From a virus: a stretch of 64,000 nt of DNA. Below the pieces are notes generated by a model that saw only the letters and a program-made list of their open reading frames with translations, ran no database searches and had not been told where the DNA came from. The DNA lies in IMG/VR virus record IMGVR_UViG_3300047666_001259, positions 32,001 to 96,000 of that record; one strand, 5' to 3'. Both the position numbers and the translations under genes were made by a program. Shown in pieces: positions 36,853 through 46,502 of this stretch (the first letter of the stretch is position 1; each line of letters begins with the position of its first letter).

Positions 36853-38402
36853 ATATCGTAAATATGTTCGTTTCCGTAATTTTTTGCATAATCTTTAATA
36901 AACACACCGGCTATAGAGTTTGCTTCATCCTCGATGTCCCCACCAATATCTTGTACTGGATCACCAATATTAAACAACCCAAGTTCTCTCTGCCTGTTGT
37001 GAACTAGCTCATGAGCAATACTTCTTAAGATATCTACCATAGCTCTACCTCCGCAGACAATGTAATTCTCATTATAGTAAGGAGAATAAGCTGCTGTAGT
37101 CATCCCATCCTTTTTCTTATCCATTAAAATAACTTTAATAGGCTCTTTCATTTCAAGCTTGAATTGAACAAAGCACATGAAGTCTTGTATGGTCTCTAAT
37201 TTTATAGGGGTCATTCCTCTAATTTCTCCCTCTATCGTAATCCAATTCTCATCGTCCTCGATATCCTTGGCTTCGTTTATTTTGTTTTTTGCTACCTTCT
37301 TTTTTTCTTTAGCCATTTCAGGATTGGTAGTAAAAGCAAAATCATCAACATCACCTTTTTTCATTTGCTTAGCAGCTTTTCCAGCTTCTCCCGAAGGCTC
37401 AATGTCTCCTGACTGCATTTGGTCAACAACATTGAAAAACTTTCTTTGCTTGTCCGATACAGCTTTCTCATCAATTGAGATGTAATCGTTAAAGGATTTT
37501 ATCTTAAGATCAGATAATGTGTCTAGATACCCTTTCTTTCTAAGGTATTTAAAAGCTAAATTTGCTGCACTCAGCTCTTCTTTATCAGTTTCAAGACCTT
37601 TAGAACGAGCATTCCATATTTTATCAGAGATTCTATCTACTAGTCCCCCGATTTTGTCAAACCCATTTGCTTTCTCAGCTTTTTCAATCATTCCAATAAA
37701 AGAAACCACCTTCTTTTTAACATCTTCGACATCAATTTTAGAGTTGTTCTTTTCTGGTTTTGTGTTCCATGTATTTTTTACAAGAGAATACTCACCATTA
37801 GAGTGAGTTTTTTGTTCAGAGTCTTGAGCATACAATTCTATATCGTGTCCTTTAATGCGAACATCGTACTTAGAATTCCAAACAGTTTTCTTAGCATGAA
37901 GAAATTCAGATACTAAATCTTCATCATCATCGATCTTATCGTAATCAATCACAAGGTGAACATCAATATCGCTAGTTTCGTTGTAAGTATAATGAGCCAT
38001 TGACCCAACTATAACAACATCTCTAATAGGTGCTTTGATCTTTAAGAACTCATAAAAGTCTTTTGCAGCCGTAAGAAGGGCAGTGCGGACATCACTCTTG
38101 AGAGTTTGGTCTTTATCCCACAGAATATCACTCAAACCATCTTTAATCACCCCAGAGGCTTTAAAATCGATATCGTCAACATTGATCTCATCTAAAATTT
38201 CTCTGTACCTGTGAGGGTAGAAGTATTTTTTAGATGGGCTATTTGGGTTTCTATGTGCGGCTGATTTCTTAGACGCAAGGGAAGTGTTACGGGGGGATTC
38301 TTGAGTTAAGTCCTCGTTTTCTGTCGAAAGAATAAACTTATCGTCAGCTCCATTCCTCTCGGAAATATTTTTCTTTTTGTAAGTTCTTGAACTTCTTGAC
38401 AT
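36849..38402 (-). CDS. Pol-beta-superfamily nucleotidyltransferase fused to a C-terminal HExxH zincin-like domain
   Basis: VGSMAHY....SDIDVH, third acid in DIELY; ILRSIAHELVH..Q...EDEAN. Confidence 0.75.
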   Translation of the reverse strand: MSRSSRTYKKKNISERNGADDKFILSTENEDLTQESPRNTSLASKKSAAHRNPNSPSKKYFYPHRYREILDEINVDDIDFKASGVIKDGLSDILWDKDQTLKSDVRTALLTAAKDFYEFLKIKAPIRDVVIVGSMAHYTYNETSDIDVHLVIDYDKIDDDEDLVSEFLHAKKTVWNSKYDVRIKGHDIELYAQDSEQKTHSNGEYSLVKNTWNTKPEKNNSKIDVEDVKKKVVSFIGMIEKAEKANGFDKIGGLVDRISDKIWNARSKGLETDKEELSAANLAFKYLRKKGYLDTLSDLKIKSFNDYISIDEKAVSDKQRKFFNVVDQMQSGDIEPSGEAGKAAKQMKKGDVDDFAFTTNPEMAKEKKKVAKNKINEAKDIEDDENWITIEGEIRGMTPIKLETIQDFMCFVQFKLEMKEPIKVILMDKKKDGMTTAAYSPYYNENYIVCGGRAMVDILRSIAHELVHNRQRELGLFNIGDPVQDIGGDIEDEANSIAGVFIKDYAKNYGNEHIYDI

Positions 38403-38414
38403 GTTCGAGGGGTT

Positions 38415-39122
38415 TTAAATTAATTTTTCAAAATCCTCGCTGCTGTATTCATACCAAGTTTCAAATAGTTGATTGAAAACATTCAAGGAATGTCCTGCTT
38501 TAGAGGCGTTCATTTGATTTGCTTCATCAAGCTTGTCAAAATCAAAATTAGCTTTCTTTACTAGGACACACTCTTCTTTGTCCATAATAACTACTAATCT
38601 GTCTTGATTCTGCGGAAGACCCCACATTCTAGATTCTTTGATTCTACCTTTGTCTTCAGGGATTTCATAACCCATTAATCTTTTAAAGGTATCTTGCTCC
38701 TGTTCTTTCTTGTAGCTCTGCTTCTTTTGATCGTTGTAAACCTTCATAGCCTCATTGATCTTTGGGTTTCCTTTTTCCCAAGACTTCCCTTCTTGACCTG
38801 TAGGGACTTTAATTGTGGAGTCGGGGTTAAATGATGGGCAAATTGCTGGAATAGAGTTTCCTGATTTGTCGGTCATTCCCGGCAATAGAAGCTCATCCTC
38901 ATCCTGATGAAGCTTAGAATCATGCATCTCATTAATTGAAGTGAAAATACCTTTTTCCAAATCTTCTTTCATTTGATTCACATCAGCCATAAGAGAATCA
39001 ATATCATATTCCTCCCCTTCAGGAAGAATAATATTCTTCTCAACAGCATCAGCCTTTTGGTCAGAGGTTAAATCCCTGTTCAATTTCTCCAAAAGTTTTT
39101 CGAAACTTGTTTTATTTTTCAT
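38415..39122 (-). CDS. hypothetical late protein
   Basis: 235 aa, TATTTAT upstream. Confidence 0.6.
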   Translation of the reverse strand: MKNKTSFEKLLEKLNRDLTSDQKADAVEKNIILPEGEEYDIDSLMADVNQMKEDLEKGIFTSINEMHDSKLHQDEDELLLPGMTDKSGNSIPAICPSFNPDSTIKVPTGQEGKSWEKGNPKINEAMKVYNDQKKQSYKKEQEQDTFKRLMGYEIPEDKGRIKESRMWGLPQNQDRLVVIMDKEECVLVKKANFDFDKLDEANQMNASKAGHSLNVFNQLFETWYEYSSEDFEKLI

Positions 39123-39202
39123 CGCAAAGTTGTAGATATATGTTCTCTGTTAATAAATACCTAAAAAAAACCCCTTATTTTAAGCTCTTTTAAAAAAATT
39201 AG

Positions 39203-39210
39203 TATCTTTG
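39203..39210 (+). promoter_or_regulatory. Bacteroidota sigma-A -7 box TAnnTTTG (representative copy)
   Basis: Also at 186, 12752, 30049, 41331 (+) and 54905, 59960 (-). Confidence 0.65.
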
Positions 39211-39230
39211 TAAAGAACAAACTTAAAAAG

Positions 39231-39743
39231 ATGACAAAAGAAATTCAAGAAAATGCTCAAAAAGTAATCGATGCTGGAATAGCACACGATGGGCAGAGAC
39301 CTACTATGTTTGACTCACTAGACTACGCTCTAGAGGGATATGTGATTCTGACTAATGGGGATTTTAGGTCTGTTTACAACAAACAGACCATTATCGAAAC
39401 CCTCTCTAAAGAATATCAGGAAGATTGTGACCCTGAAGATGATCCGATGGAGATGGCGTATGAGTGGTTTTATTTCAATATTCTCGGAACAGGTCTTTCC
39501 GAAGGGACTCCAGTATTTATGGAAGGGTTTTATGATGACCTATTTTCTGACCTAGAATTATCCGAAGACGAAGACCTCTTCATGAAGACAATAGTGGAGG
39601 ATGGTGTTTGGTCTATTTTCGAATGTGGAGCTGAAAGTTTTGAGTATGATTACCTATTGGTTTTTGATGCTAAAAAAATGAAAGCCCTCGATATTTCTAC
39701 CGAAGGCTTTCCAGATTGTAGTGCTTTTCTTCAAAGGTTATGA
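39231..39743 (+). CDS. acidic hypothetical protein
   Basis: TATCTTTG upstream; AYEWFYFNILG...GTPVF. Confidence 0.6.
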   Translation: MTKEIQENAQKVIDAGIAHDGQRPTMFDSLDYALEGYVILTNGDFRSVYNKQTIIETLSKEYQEDCDPEDDPMEMAYEWFYFNILGTGLSEGTPVFMEGFYDDLFSDLELSEDEDLFMKTIVEDGVWSIFECGAESFEYDYLLVFDAKKMKALDISTEGFPDCSAFLQRL

Positions 39744-41285
39744 AAGTAACTCTGTAAACCTTTGAGCTTCAGCCTGAGCTAACCATTTACCCATTTCTGG
39801 GGTTCCATTAGTAAGCCCTGCTGCTTCCGCATCCTTACCACCTAATTTAGGTAGATTGATGTAGTCCATAAAAGCTTCAATCATCTTTGGATCACCCATT
39901 CCTAACAGCCCAGCTTTTGCTATCTGCTCAAAAGAAGCAGACTGTTTGTCTCTCTTTGATTTAGCATTGTTTGGGTTTAGGGATTTTAGGTCAACCAAAT
40001 AAGAGACCGCCTTAGCAAAATCCCCAGAGTACTTTGCAGCCATTAAAGCCTTGAAAAGCTTATTTGGGTTGTTGTTTCTAGCAATCGAAGCCAAAACAAC
40101 AACCTGATCGTGATCATTTACCAATTTCTCTTTAACATTAACGTTAATGTTAGGGAGAACCTGTGGCATCATTCCAAAATCCTCAAGCATATCCAAGTAG
40201 TTTTGGACAGACTTAGCTTGTTGTATTCCCTTCAGAAACTCAGCCATAATAGCTTCAGCTGGCTGACCTCCGAGAGAATTGTTCTGACGGATAGAATCAG
40301 CAGTCGCTTGATCCAAAGGGTTACCAACACGAGCAGCAAACCTAATTGCCCTCATAACTCTAATTCTGTGTTCATCAAACCTTTGAGTAGGATCACCTAC
40401 AGTTCTTACAATTCCGTTCTTGATATCCTCGATACCACCAACGAAGTCAATGATTTCTTTAGAATCAATATCATAGTATAAGGCGTTGATCGTCAAATCA
40501 CGTCTGTAAGCATCTTGGTCAATGGTTGAGTATGCAGTTTCAGGTTTAGTGTGATCATCTCCGATGTCAGTTCTAAACGTAGCAATCTCATACAATCCGA
40601 TATCAGTATTAGGAATATGATCAGGAGTGGCTACGTGGACTACGGGGAATGTAGCACCAGCTTCTTTGATTCCGTACCCACCAACTGCATTAAACATAGC
40701 CAAAATCTCTTGCGGCTTGGCATCAGTTGCTAGATCGTAATCTTTAGGTTGCACCTTATTTAAGGCATCTCTAACTGCCCCTCCAACAACATACAGTTCA
40801 AATCCAGACTTCGTAAAAATCTGGTTAATCACCAACAGGTCATTCGGTAAAGATAGCTCAAAAGGCACTCTTATTTCGTTTTCTATTTTCTTCAAAGCTT
40901 GTTCCATTAAATCTATTTCTTCAATTGTTGCTTCCACCTCTCTTTCTTGTGGAAGAACCTTAATCCCTTTCTTCTCTAGGAAAGCAACTAAAGCTACCGT
41001 CAAAGGTACGGAAATTACTCCACCCGCCAAAAGACCTAAAGCTTTTCCTACGTCACCAGTTTGCCTTTTAAGAAAAACCTTCTCTTGTTTAGTGACTTTT
41101 TGTCTTTTGAGGATTCTCATGAGAATCTCCATTGCTTGCTTAGTCTCTTGAGTTTCTCGTTTAATAACATCAGGGGCTTGTTTCTTAACATCCTTAGTTG
41201 TATCCCAAGCCTTATTGACTCCCTTTCTTATTTTCTGAAAAACATTCTCCTTAACGAGCTGTTTTAACTGTTCTTCTTCTTTCAT
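39738..41285 (-). CDS. cca: CCA-adding enzyme / poly(A) polymerase family (class II) with N-terminal extension
   Basis: VGGAVRD, DYDLAT, EIATFR, RRDLTINAL, RF.EH.IR.MRAIRF. Confidence 0.85.
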   Translation of the reverse strand: MKEEEQLKQLVKENVFQKIRKGVNKAWDTTKDVKKQAPDVIKRETQETKQAMEILMRILKRQKVTKQEKVFLKRQTGDVGKALGLLAGGVISVPLTVALVAFLEKKGIKVLPQEREVEATIEEIDLMEQALKKIENEIRVPFELSLPNDLLVINQIFTKSGFELYVVGGAVRDALNKVQPKDYDLATDAKPQEILAMFNAVGGYGIKEAGATFPVVHVATPDHIPNTDIGLYEIATFRTDIGDDHTKPETAYSTIDQDAYRRDLTINALYYDIDSKEIIDFVGGIEDIKNGIVRTVGDPTQRFDEHRIRVMRAIRFAARVGNPLDQATADSIRQNNSLGGQPAEAIMAEFLKGIQQAKSVQNYLDMLEDFGMMPQVLPNINVNVKEKLVNDHDQVVVLASIARNNNPNKLFKALMAAKYSGDFAKAVSYLVDLKSLNPNNAKSKRDKQSASFEQIAKAGLLGMGDPKMIEAFMDYINLPKLGGKDAEAAGLTNGTPEMGKWLAQAEAQRFTELLS

Positions 41286-41500
41286 ACGTATAAATACTTT
41301 AAAGTATTCTTTGTTAAAACGAAAATTTTGTACATTTGTTGCATGATAGAAATATTAGAAAAAATTGTACCTTCGCAAACAGGCGACCCTCTCGGTCAAG
41401 TTATTGATTTATTTGATGACCTTACGGATGGAGAAAGAGTCATAGTGATGGATGGGTTTAACCAAAGAACAGGAAAGAAGCTAGAAAATTCAGAAAAATA

Positions 41501-41689
41501 ATGGAAAGAGATTCGACAGAATACAAGTTAGCTGAGAAAATAGTGCAACTAGAAAAAGCTTTGAGGGTAGCAAACAGAGCTTTGGAGTTGAGTGGCTCTT
41601 ACGGAGTCCACCCTGACATATCAGTTAGTTTTAGGGAAAGTCAGAAGTTCCACAAAAGAGTAAGAGAAGTAATAAAAGAAAACAAATGA
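41501..41689 (+). CDS. hypothetical protein
   Basis: ORF track. Confidence 0.55.
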   Translation: MERDSTEYKLAEKIVQLEKALRVANRALELSGSYGVHPDISVSFRESQKFHKRVREVIKENK

Positions 41690-42093
41690 AGAAAGATAAA
41701 GAACCATTATTCCATTTAGAATTTGTTACAGAAGAAGATCAAAAAAAGAAAGATGCTGAAACAATTTCCAATCTCAAAGAGGAACAGAAGAGTGAGTTCG
41801 TTTTTGAAGGAGAATCTCTTTATTTAGATTATTCAGGTCACGCTTTTTTGAATGGATTCTTTAATAGTTACATTACCAAATCTAGCATAAGAGCTACACA
41901 ATATCTTAGCGGATTCTGGAATATAAATGGTGATGGCTACAATTATGAAGATGGCAAATTTATAAAAATAGAATACCCTGAACAACCATCAGAGCCAATA
42001 GATTTCAATAATATTAGTTTTCCGATAGTAAAAAATGTTGTTGCAAAACTAATTTCTGATGATTTAGTTTCAGAAACACCAAAACACGATTGA
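41686..42093 (+). CDS. hypothetical protein
   Basis: ORF track. Confidence 0.55.
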   Translation: MKKDKEPLFHLEFVTEEDQKKKDAETISNLKEEQKSEFVFEGESLYLDYSGHAFLNGFFNSYITKSSIRATQYLSGFWNINGDGYNYEDGKFIKIEYPEQPSEPIDFNNISFPIVKNVVAKLISDDLVSETPKHD

Positions 42094-42115
42094 TAATAAG
42101 CAAATTAACAGGGTT

Positions 42116-42325
42116 ATGAATGTAAAAGAAAAAACCTTCAAAATGGTGGACTGGAATGATATATTACCTATAGTTCCTGAACACAGTTATTTATGGGACG
42201 TTGGAAATGATTCCTTCACCATTTACTTTATTAATGATCCCAGTGAAGAAGATGATCCTATCTCTAAATTTCTTATTGAGAAATATGATAATATTAGTGT
42301 GGGGGATTCAATATTAATAGGATAG
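42116..42325 (+). CDS. hypothetical protein
   Basis: ORF track. Confidence 0.55.
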   Translation: MNVKEKTFKMVDWNDILPIVPEHSYLWDVGNDSFTIYFINDPSEEDDPISKFLIEKYDNISVGDSILIG

Positions 42326-42331
42326 AACAGA

Positions 42332-42766
42332 ATGACAAAGAAGAAAAAGAAAATAGTACAAATTGATCTTGACGGAGTTATGGTCGATTACATGGAGCAA
42401 AAGGAAAACGGCTCTCTTCACCAAGATGAAAGAGGCTTCTTTTTGACAATGAGACCAATAGTTGGAGCTGTAGATGCTTATCACAGACTTCATTATAGTG
42501 AAGAATATGAACCTTACATTCTTTCTACCGCACCTTGGAGCAACACTTGGTCTTGGATGGAAAAAAGAATCTGGGTCGAAACTTTTATTGGTGAGAAAGC
42601 TTTTAAGAAGCTCACTTTGACTCATAACAAAAACTTAGTCATAGGTGATTATTTAGTCGATGATAGACCTTTTAATGGTGCAGCTGAGTTTACGGGAGAA
42701 TGGATTCAAATGGGTTCGGAGAAATTTCCAGACTGGGACGCAGTGTTAGAATATTTAGGAGTATGA
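42332..42766 (+). CDS. 5'(3')-deoxyribonucleotidase (NT5C, HAD family)
   Basis: IDLDGVMVD, ILSTAPW, EKRIWV, HNKNL..GDYLVDDR. Confidence 0.9.
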   Translation: MTKKKKKIVQIDLDGVMVDYMEQKENGSLHQDERGFFLTMRPIVGAVDAYHRLHYSEEYEPYILSTAPWSNTWSWMEKRIWVETFIGEKAFKKLTLTHNKNLVIGDYLVDDRPFNGAAEFTGEWIQMGSEKFPDWDAVLEYLGV

Positions 42767-42987
42767 GATACTTTAAAAGGAAATTCAAAACCACTCAAGG
42801 AGTTAGGTTAGCTATCTTCCTGAAGAGACCTTATGATTGGGTTAGATTAAAGCTAGAAGGACAATCTATACTTTCTCACAAGTATAGTTATTCTCTCATT
42901 GGTTTTGGGGAGTATCAAGGAAGATATAAGATAGTAAATTTAATCATTACTCAAGAGATGATTGATGATATAAAAAAAACAATTTGA
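42763..42987 (+). CDS. hypothetical protein
   Basis: ATG overlapping the upstream TGA. Confidence 0.5.
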   Translation: MRYFKRKFKTTQGVRLAIFLKRPYDWVRLKLEGQSILSHKYSYSLIGFGEYQGRYKIVNLIITQEMIDDIKKTI

Positions 42988-43070
42988 AGAATCATTTTTA
43001 AAACTTGTCCATATAAGAAACTTATCAGTCGAGCAGAGAAAGCTCTAGAATTATAATAAAACCAAAAACA

Positions 43071-43280
43071 ATGAAAGAATTTAATACCATAGGAACTATT
43101 ACATTTGATTTCAGTATCGATGTTGAAGCCTTAACGGAAGAAGAAGCTGAAGCAAAAGCGTTGGAGATAGTTAAGAATTATTACCACCTAAGCGTTACTG
43201 GTGCATATCATCAAAAAGATGAAATAAAAATCAAACACCTAGACACAGGAGTTTCTCGAAATATTCAGACGGAATTTTAA
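43071..43280 (+). CDS. hypothetical protein
   Basis: ORF track. Confidence 0.6.
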   Translation: MKEFNTIGTITFDFSIDVEALTEEEAEAKALEIVKNYYHLSVTGAYHQKDEIKIKHLDTGVSRNIQTEF

Positions 43281-43297
43281 CAGAACGGCTTTGATTT

Positions 43298-43322
43298 GCA
43301 ACAAATAATTTTTTCTTGCGTT
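43298..43322 (+). promoter_or_regulatory. ECF-sigma-like promoter (AAC-N16-CGTT)
   Basis: GCAAC-16 nt-CGTT; same spacing at 43866, 60177 and 63745. Confidence 0.55.
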
Positions 43323-43340
43323 AAATAAAAAAAATTTAAC

Positions 43341-43847
43341 ATGCAAATAAAACTAAAAAGTAATAGTTTAAAGAATCTTTCATTTATCTTTGATGCTCTT
43401 GGAACGTTAAATTTATCTTACGAAGATGAAGTAAGTATCAACCAGCATTTAAATTCAATAAAAATTGATATCCACCATCTTCAATATAAAGGAGAATTTG
43501 ATGGTGATAAATTTATAGATTTTATTGATCGAGTTAAGTTTGTTAATAATCTAGAAATCAAACACCCTAACTGCTTAGCTGAGAGGATATTTGCTTTAGA
43601 TATATTAAAATCAAACGGTGTTGATTTATCTCAACCAAAAATAGGTGAATACGAGGTGGTTAAAAAAAAGTCGAGCGAGAGATTTTTTCAAAAATCCTCT
43701 GGTAATATTAGTAGTGTTTTTAGTTTTGTAAACCTTGTTGGTGACAAATTAATTTTCAGTTCTATCACTATAAATAAGTTTAGTTCATTTGAGATAATAA
43801 GTAAAATTTTAATTGATAAGGTTGAAAATTATAAAACTCAAAACTAA
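43341..43847 (+). CDS. hypothetical protein
   Basis: ORF track, very AT-rich. Confidence 0.55.
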   Translation: MQIKLKSNSLKNLSFIFDALGTLNLSYEDEVSINQHLNSIKIDIHHLQYKGEFDGDKFIDFIDRVKFVNNLEIKHPNCLAERIFALDILKSNGVDLSQPKIGEYEVVKKKSSERFFQKSSGNISSVFSFVNLVGDKLIFSSITINKFSSFEIISKILIDKVENYKTQN

Positions 43848-43865
43848 TTCTTTGCGAAACGATTT

Positions 43866-43890
43866 GCAACAAAACGATAAATAATACGTT
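43866..43890 (+). promoter_or_regulatory. ECF-sigma-like promoter upstream of the NAD operon
   Basis: GCAAC-N16-CGTT. Confidence 0.55.
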
Positions 43891-43915
43891 AAAGAGGAAA
43901 CAAACAAGTAAATAT

Positions 43916-45190
43916 ATGACTCACAAGGAGCTAACAAACATCGAAGGAAGGTATACGCAGTCAACTATTGATGACGATTTATATAAGCTGAACATGCAGT
44001 ACGCAGCCTTTGTTCTTTTTCCAAGAGCTAAAGTTCAATATAAGTACATCCTTCGATCTGATGTTAAATTCCCAAAAGGATTCGGAGCCGTCCTGAGAGA
44101 CATCATCCACCAATATTCTGGACTTACTGCTCCAGAAGGTGCAGAAGAGTTTCTTAATAGAAGATGTGGGTATTTACCTCCTACTTTTATAAACTTCTTA
44201 TTGAATTTCCGTTTCAACCCTTCTGAGGTTGGAATTATTCAACATAAAGATGGATCAATTGAAATTGATATCGAAGGATACTTTTTCTCAGCTATTAGAT
44301 GGGAAGTAACTTTGATGGCAACAATATCTGAGCTTTACTTCCTAATGACGGGAGAGGCTGATAAGATTGATATCGAAAGAATGAACAATTCTGGAGAAAA
44401 AGCAAGTCATCTTAGATTGCATGCAATCAAGTTTGCTGAATTTGGAACTCGAAGAAGATTCTCTTATAAAAACCAACTTCATACAGTTAAAGAATTGAAG
44501 AGAACTGGTTGGGACAGTTTTATCGGAACATCTAATGTTCACATCGCCATGATGGAAGATTTAACTCCAATTGGAACTCAAGGTCATGAGTGGTTCATGT
44601 TTCACCTAGCCATGTATGGTGCTAGAATGGCAAATGTCATGGGAATGAGAAATTGGGCTGATGTCTTTAATGGAGACAACGGAATTATCCTTCCTGACAC
44701 ATTTACTACTGATGAATTCTTAAAAGTATTTGACAAAAGAATGTCTAAGCTTTATGATGGATCAAGATGGGATTCTGGAAGCTATAAGGATTTCACCGAC
44801 AAATTCGTTGAACATTACAAAAAATTCAAAATAGATCACACTTCTAAACAATATGTTTACAGTGATGGGATTAACTCTTTACAAAAGTGTTATGATATCG
44901 TAAGCTACGGAAATAAAGTTCACGATATTCCTAGATCAAACTTACCTTTAGGTATCGGAACTTGGTTTACCAACGACTTTGAAGGAATCACTCCTTTGAA
45001 TCAAGTAATCAAAATGTGGGCAGCACAACCAATCGAAGACGGAAGGTGGATTGATGTTTGTAAAATTTCTGACTCTTTCGGTAAAGTTACTGGAGAGAAA
45101 GAAGAAGCGGACTTGACTATGAAGGTGCTTGGGGTTAATTTAGAAGACCTTCAGAAAAAGAGTGAAGAAGCAGAAGTGTCAGAAGTATAA
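43916..45190 (+). CDS. pncB: nicotinate phosphoribosyltransferase
   Basis: DDDLYKLNMQ, EFGTRRRFS, GTSNV, GTQGHEW, DSG, SDG, GIGT..TND, KISD. Confidence 0.92.
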   Translation: MTHKELTNIEGRYTQSTIDDDLYKLNMQYAAFVLFPRAKVQYKYILRSDVKFPKGFGAVLRDIIHQYSGLTAPEGAEEFLNRRCGYLPPTFINFLLNFRFNPSEVGIIQHKDGSIEIDIEGYFFSAIRWEVTLMATISELYFLMTGEADKIDIERMNNSGEKASHLRLHAIKFAEFGTRRRFSYKNQLHTVKELKRTGWDSFIGTSNVHIAMMEDLTPIGTQGHEWFMFHLAMYGARMANVMGMRNWADVFNGDNGIILPDTFTTDEFLKVFDKRMSKLYDGSRWDSGSYKDFTDKFVEHYKKFKIDHTSKQYVYSDGINSLQKCYDIVSYGNKVHDIPRSNLPLGIGTWFTNDFEGITPLNQVIKMWAAQPIEDGRWIDVCKISDSFGKVTGEKEEADLTMKVLGVNLEDLQKKSEEAEVSEV

Positions 45191-45600
45191 TGGAAAAAAT
45201 GGGAAGCAAATTAACACATAGATTTACAGTATTTCCTCAAGACACCAACAATCTCCAAACTTTATTTGGAGGAAAATTGATGGCTGAGATGGATTTAGCA
45301 GCAGCAACTCTTTGTAGAAAGCTTTTGATAACATCTGAAGCAGAAGGAGCGGTTACTGCATCTTTCTCTAGGATTGATTTTACAGCACCTGCTCATGTGG
45401 ATGACTTAATCGAAATCAAAGCTGAGTTAAAGATGATTGGAAAATCTTCATTGAGGATACGGTTGGTGGCTTCAAAAGAAGACCCAGACGGAAAGGTAAT
45501 AAAAATTGGGAGTTCTAACGCAACTTTTGTATCTTTGAAAGAAGGGAAATCTTTTCCTCATGGAATTAACTGGAACAATGTATGTTCCGAATACTTTTAA
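45190..45600 (+). CDS. hotdog-fold acyl-CoA thioesterase (YciA-like)
   Basis: VFPQDTN...LFGGKLMAEMD, VTA...IDF.AP, GKSS. Confidence 0.85.
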   Translation: MEKMGSKLTHRFTVFPQDTNNLQTLFGGKLMAEMDLAAATLCRKLLITSEAEGAVTASFSRIDFTAPAHVDDLIEIKAELKMIGKSSLRIRLVASKEDPDGKVIKIGSSNATFVSLKEGKSFPHGINWNNVCSEYF

Positions 45601-45603
45601 AAT

Positions 45604-46242
45604 ATGATTACAATAGGTTTATATTTCGGATCATTTAACCCGCTCACGAGAGCGCACTACAAAATTGCAGAACATTCTTTGACTCATTTGGATGAAGTTT
45701 GGTTTGTGGTTTCTCCCGCCAATCCTGATAAGGAAGCAACTGGAGAGTTAGAAGATGCTAGTCATAGGCTTGAAATGGTTAAAAGAACAGTGGATTTCTA
45801 TAATGAAAACAAGAAATCTGTAAACCTATTTGCTTCTGATGTAGAGTTTCATCTTCCTAACCCATCTTGGACTGATTCTTCAATTAAGAAGATTAAAGAA
45901 GAGCTTCTTAGAGATCGAGGTTTGAATGAGGGTGAATATGATCTTCGAATCATTTGTGGTCGTGACACTCACTACAGAATTCAAACTTGGAAGAACAAAG
46001 ATTACATTATTGACAACTGTAGTTTCTTGGTTTATGACCGTGCTGGAGTTGATTCAGTAGAAGACGAAGCTCTTCATCTAAAGAGTTATTATGTTAATGA
46101 TCTTGGCATCCTTCCAATATCTTCTACAATAGTCCGAGAGACTATTCATAAAGGAGGAGAAATATTTAATCTCGTCCCAGATGTCGTTGACTGTTACATT
46201 AGAGAGAACGGCTTGTATCCTTACAAAACTAAGAAACGATGA
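45604..46242 (+). CDS. nadD: nicotinate-nucleotide adenylyltransferase
   Basis: GLYFGSFNPLTRAH, VWFVVSP.NP.K, RLEM, ISSTIVR, YI.ENGLY. Confidence 0.9.
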   Translation: MITIGLYFGSFNPLTRAHYKIAEHSLTHLDEVWFVVSPANPDKEATGELEDASHRLEMVKRTVDFYNENKKSVNLFASDVEFHLPNPSWTDSSIKKIKEELLRDRGLNEGEYDLRIICGRDTHYRIQTWKNKDYIIDNCSFLVYDRAGVDSVEDEALHLKSYYVNDLGILPISSTIVRETIHKGGEIFNLVPDVVDCYIRENGLYPYKTKKR

Positions 46243-46502
46243 TCCCAATAGATATAGAACATGAACTCTATTATGATCGTGGCAAGCCTGAGTTAAGAGA
46301 GAGAACTCGTAATAGATTAATTAAGATGAAAGAGGTTGGGATGGAAGCATACCATAACTATCAATTCGGTTATGAAGGTGTGATGTCAGGTCTTTGGATT
46401 GAAAGAGTTTGGGGCTTTAGTGAAGAGAGATGGAATAAATACATGAAATGGGCAACGGACTTAATTAAAGAGAAAACAGATGAAGCTACTAAGGTGTCCT
46501 AA
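46239..46502 (+). CDS. hypothetical protein
   Basis: ORF track, overlaps both neighbours. Confidence 0.6.
   Translation: MIPIDIEHELYYDRGKPELRERTRNRLIKMKEVGMEAYHNYQFGYEGVMSGLWIERVWGFSEERWNKYMKWATDLIKEKTDEATKVS

Noticed and set aside
43916-45190. Nicotinamide phosphoribosyltransferase (NARP2 Nampt)
   Set aside because: Motifs (DLYK..MQ, FGTRRRFS, GTSN, GT..HEW) match PncB, and the linked NadE implies deamidated intermediates
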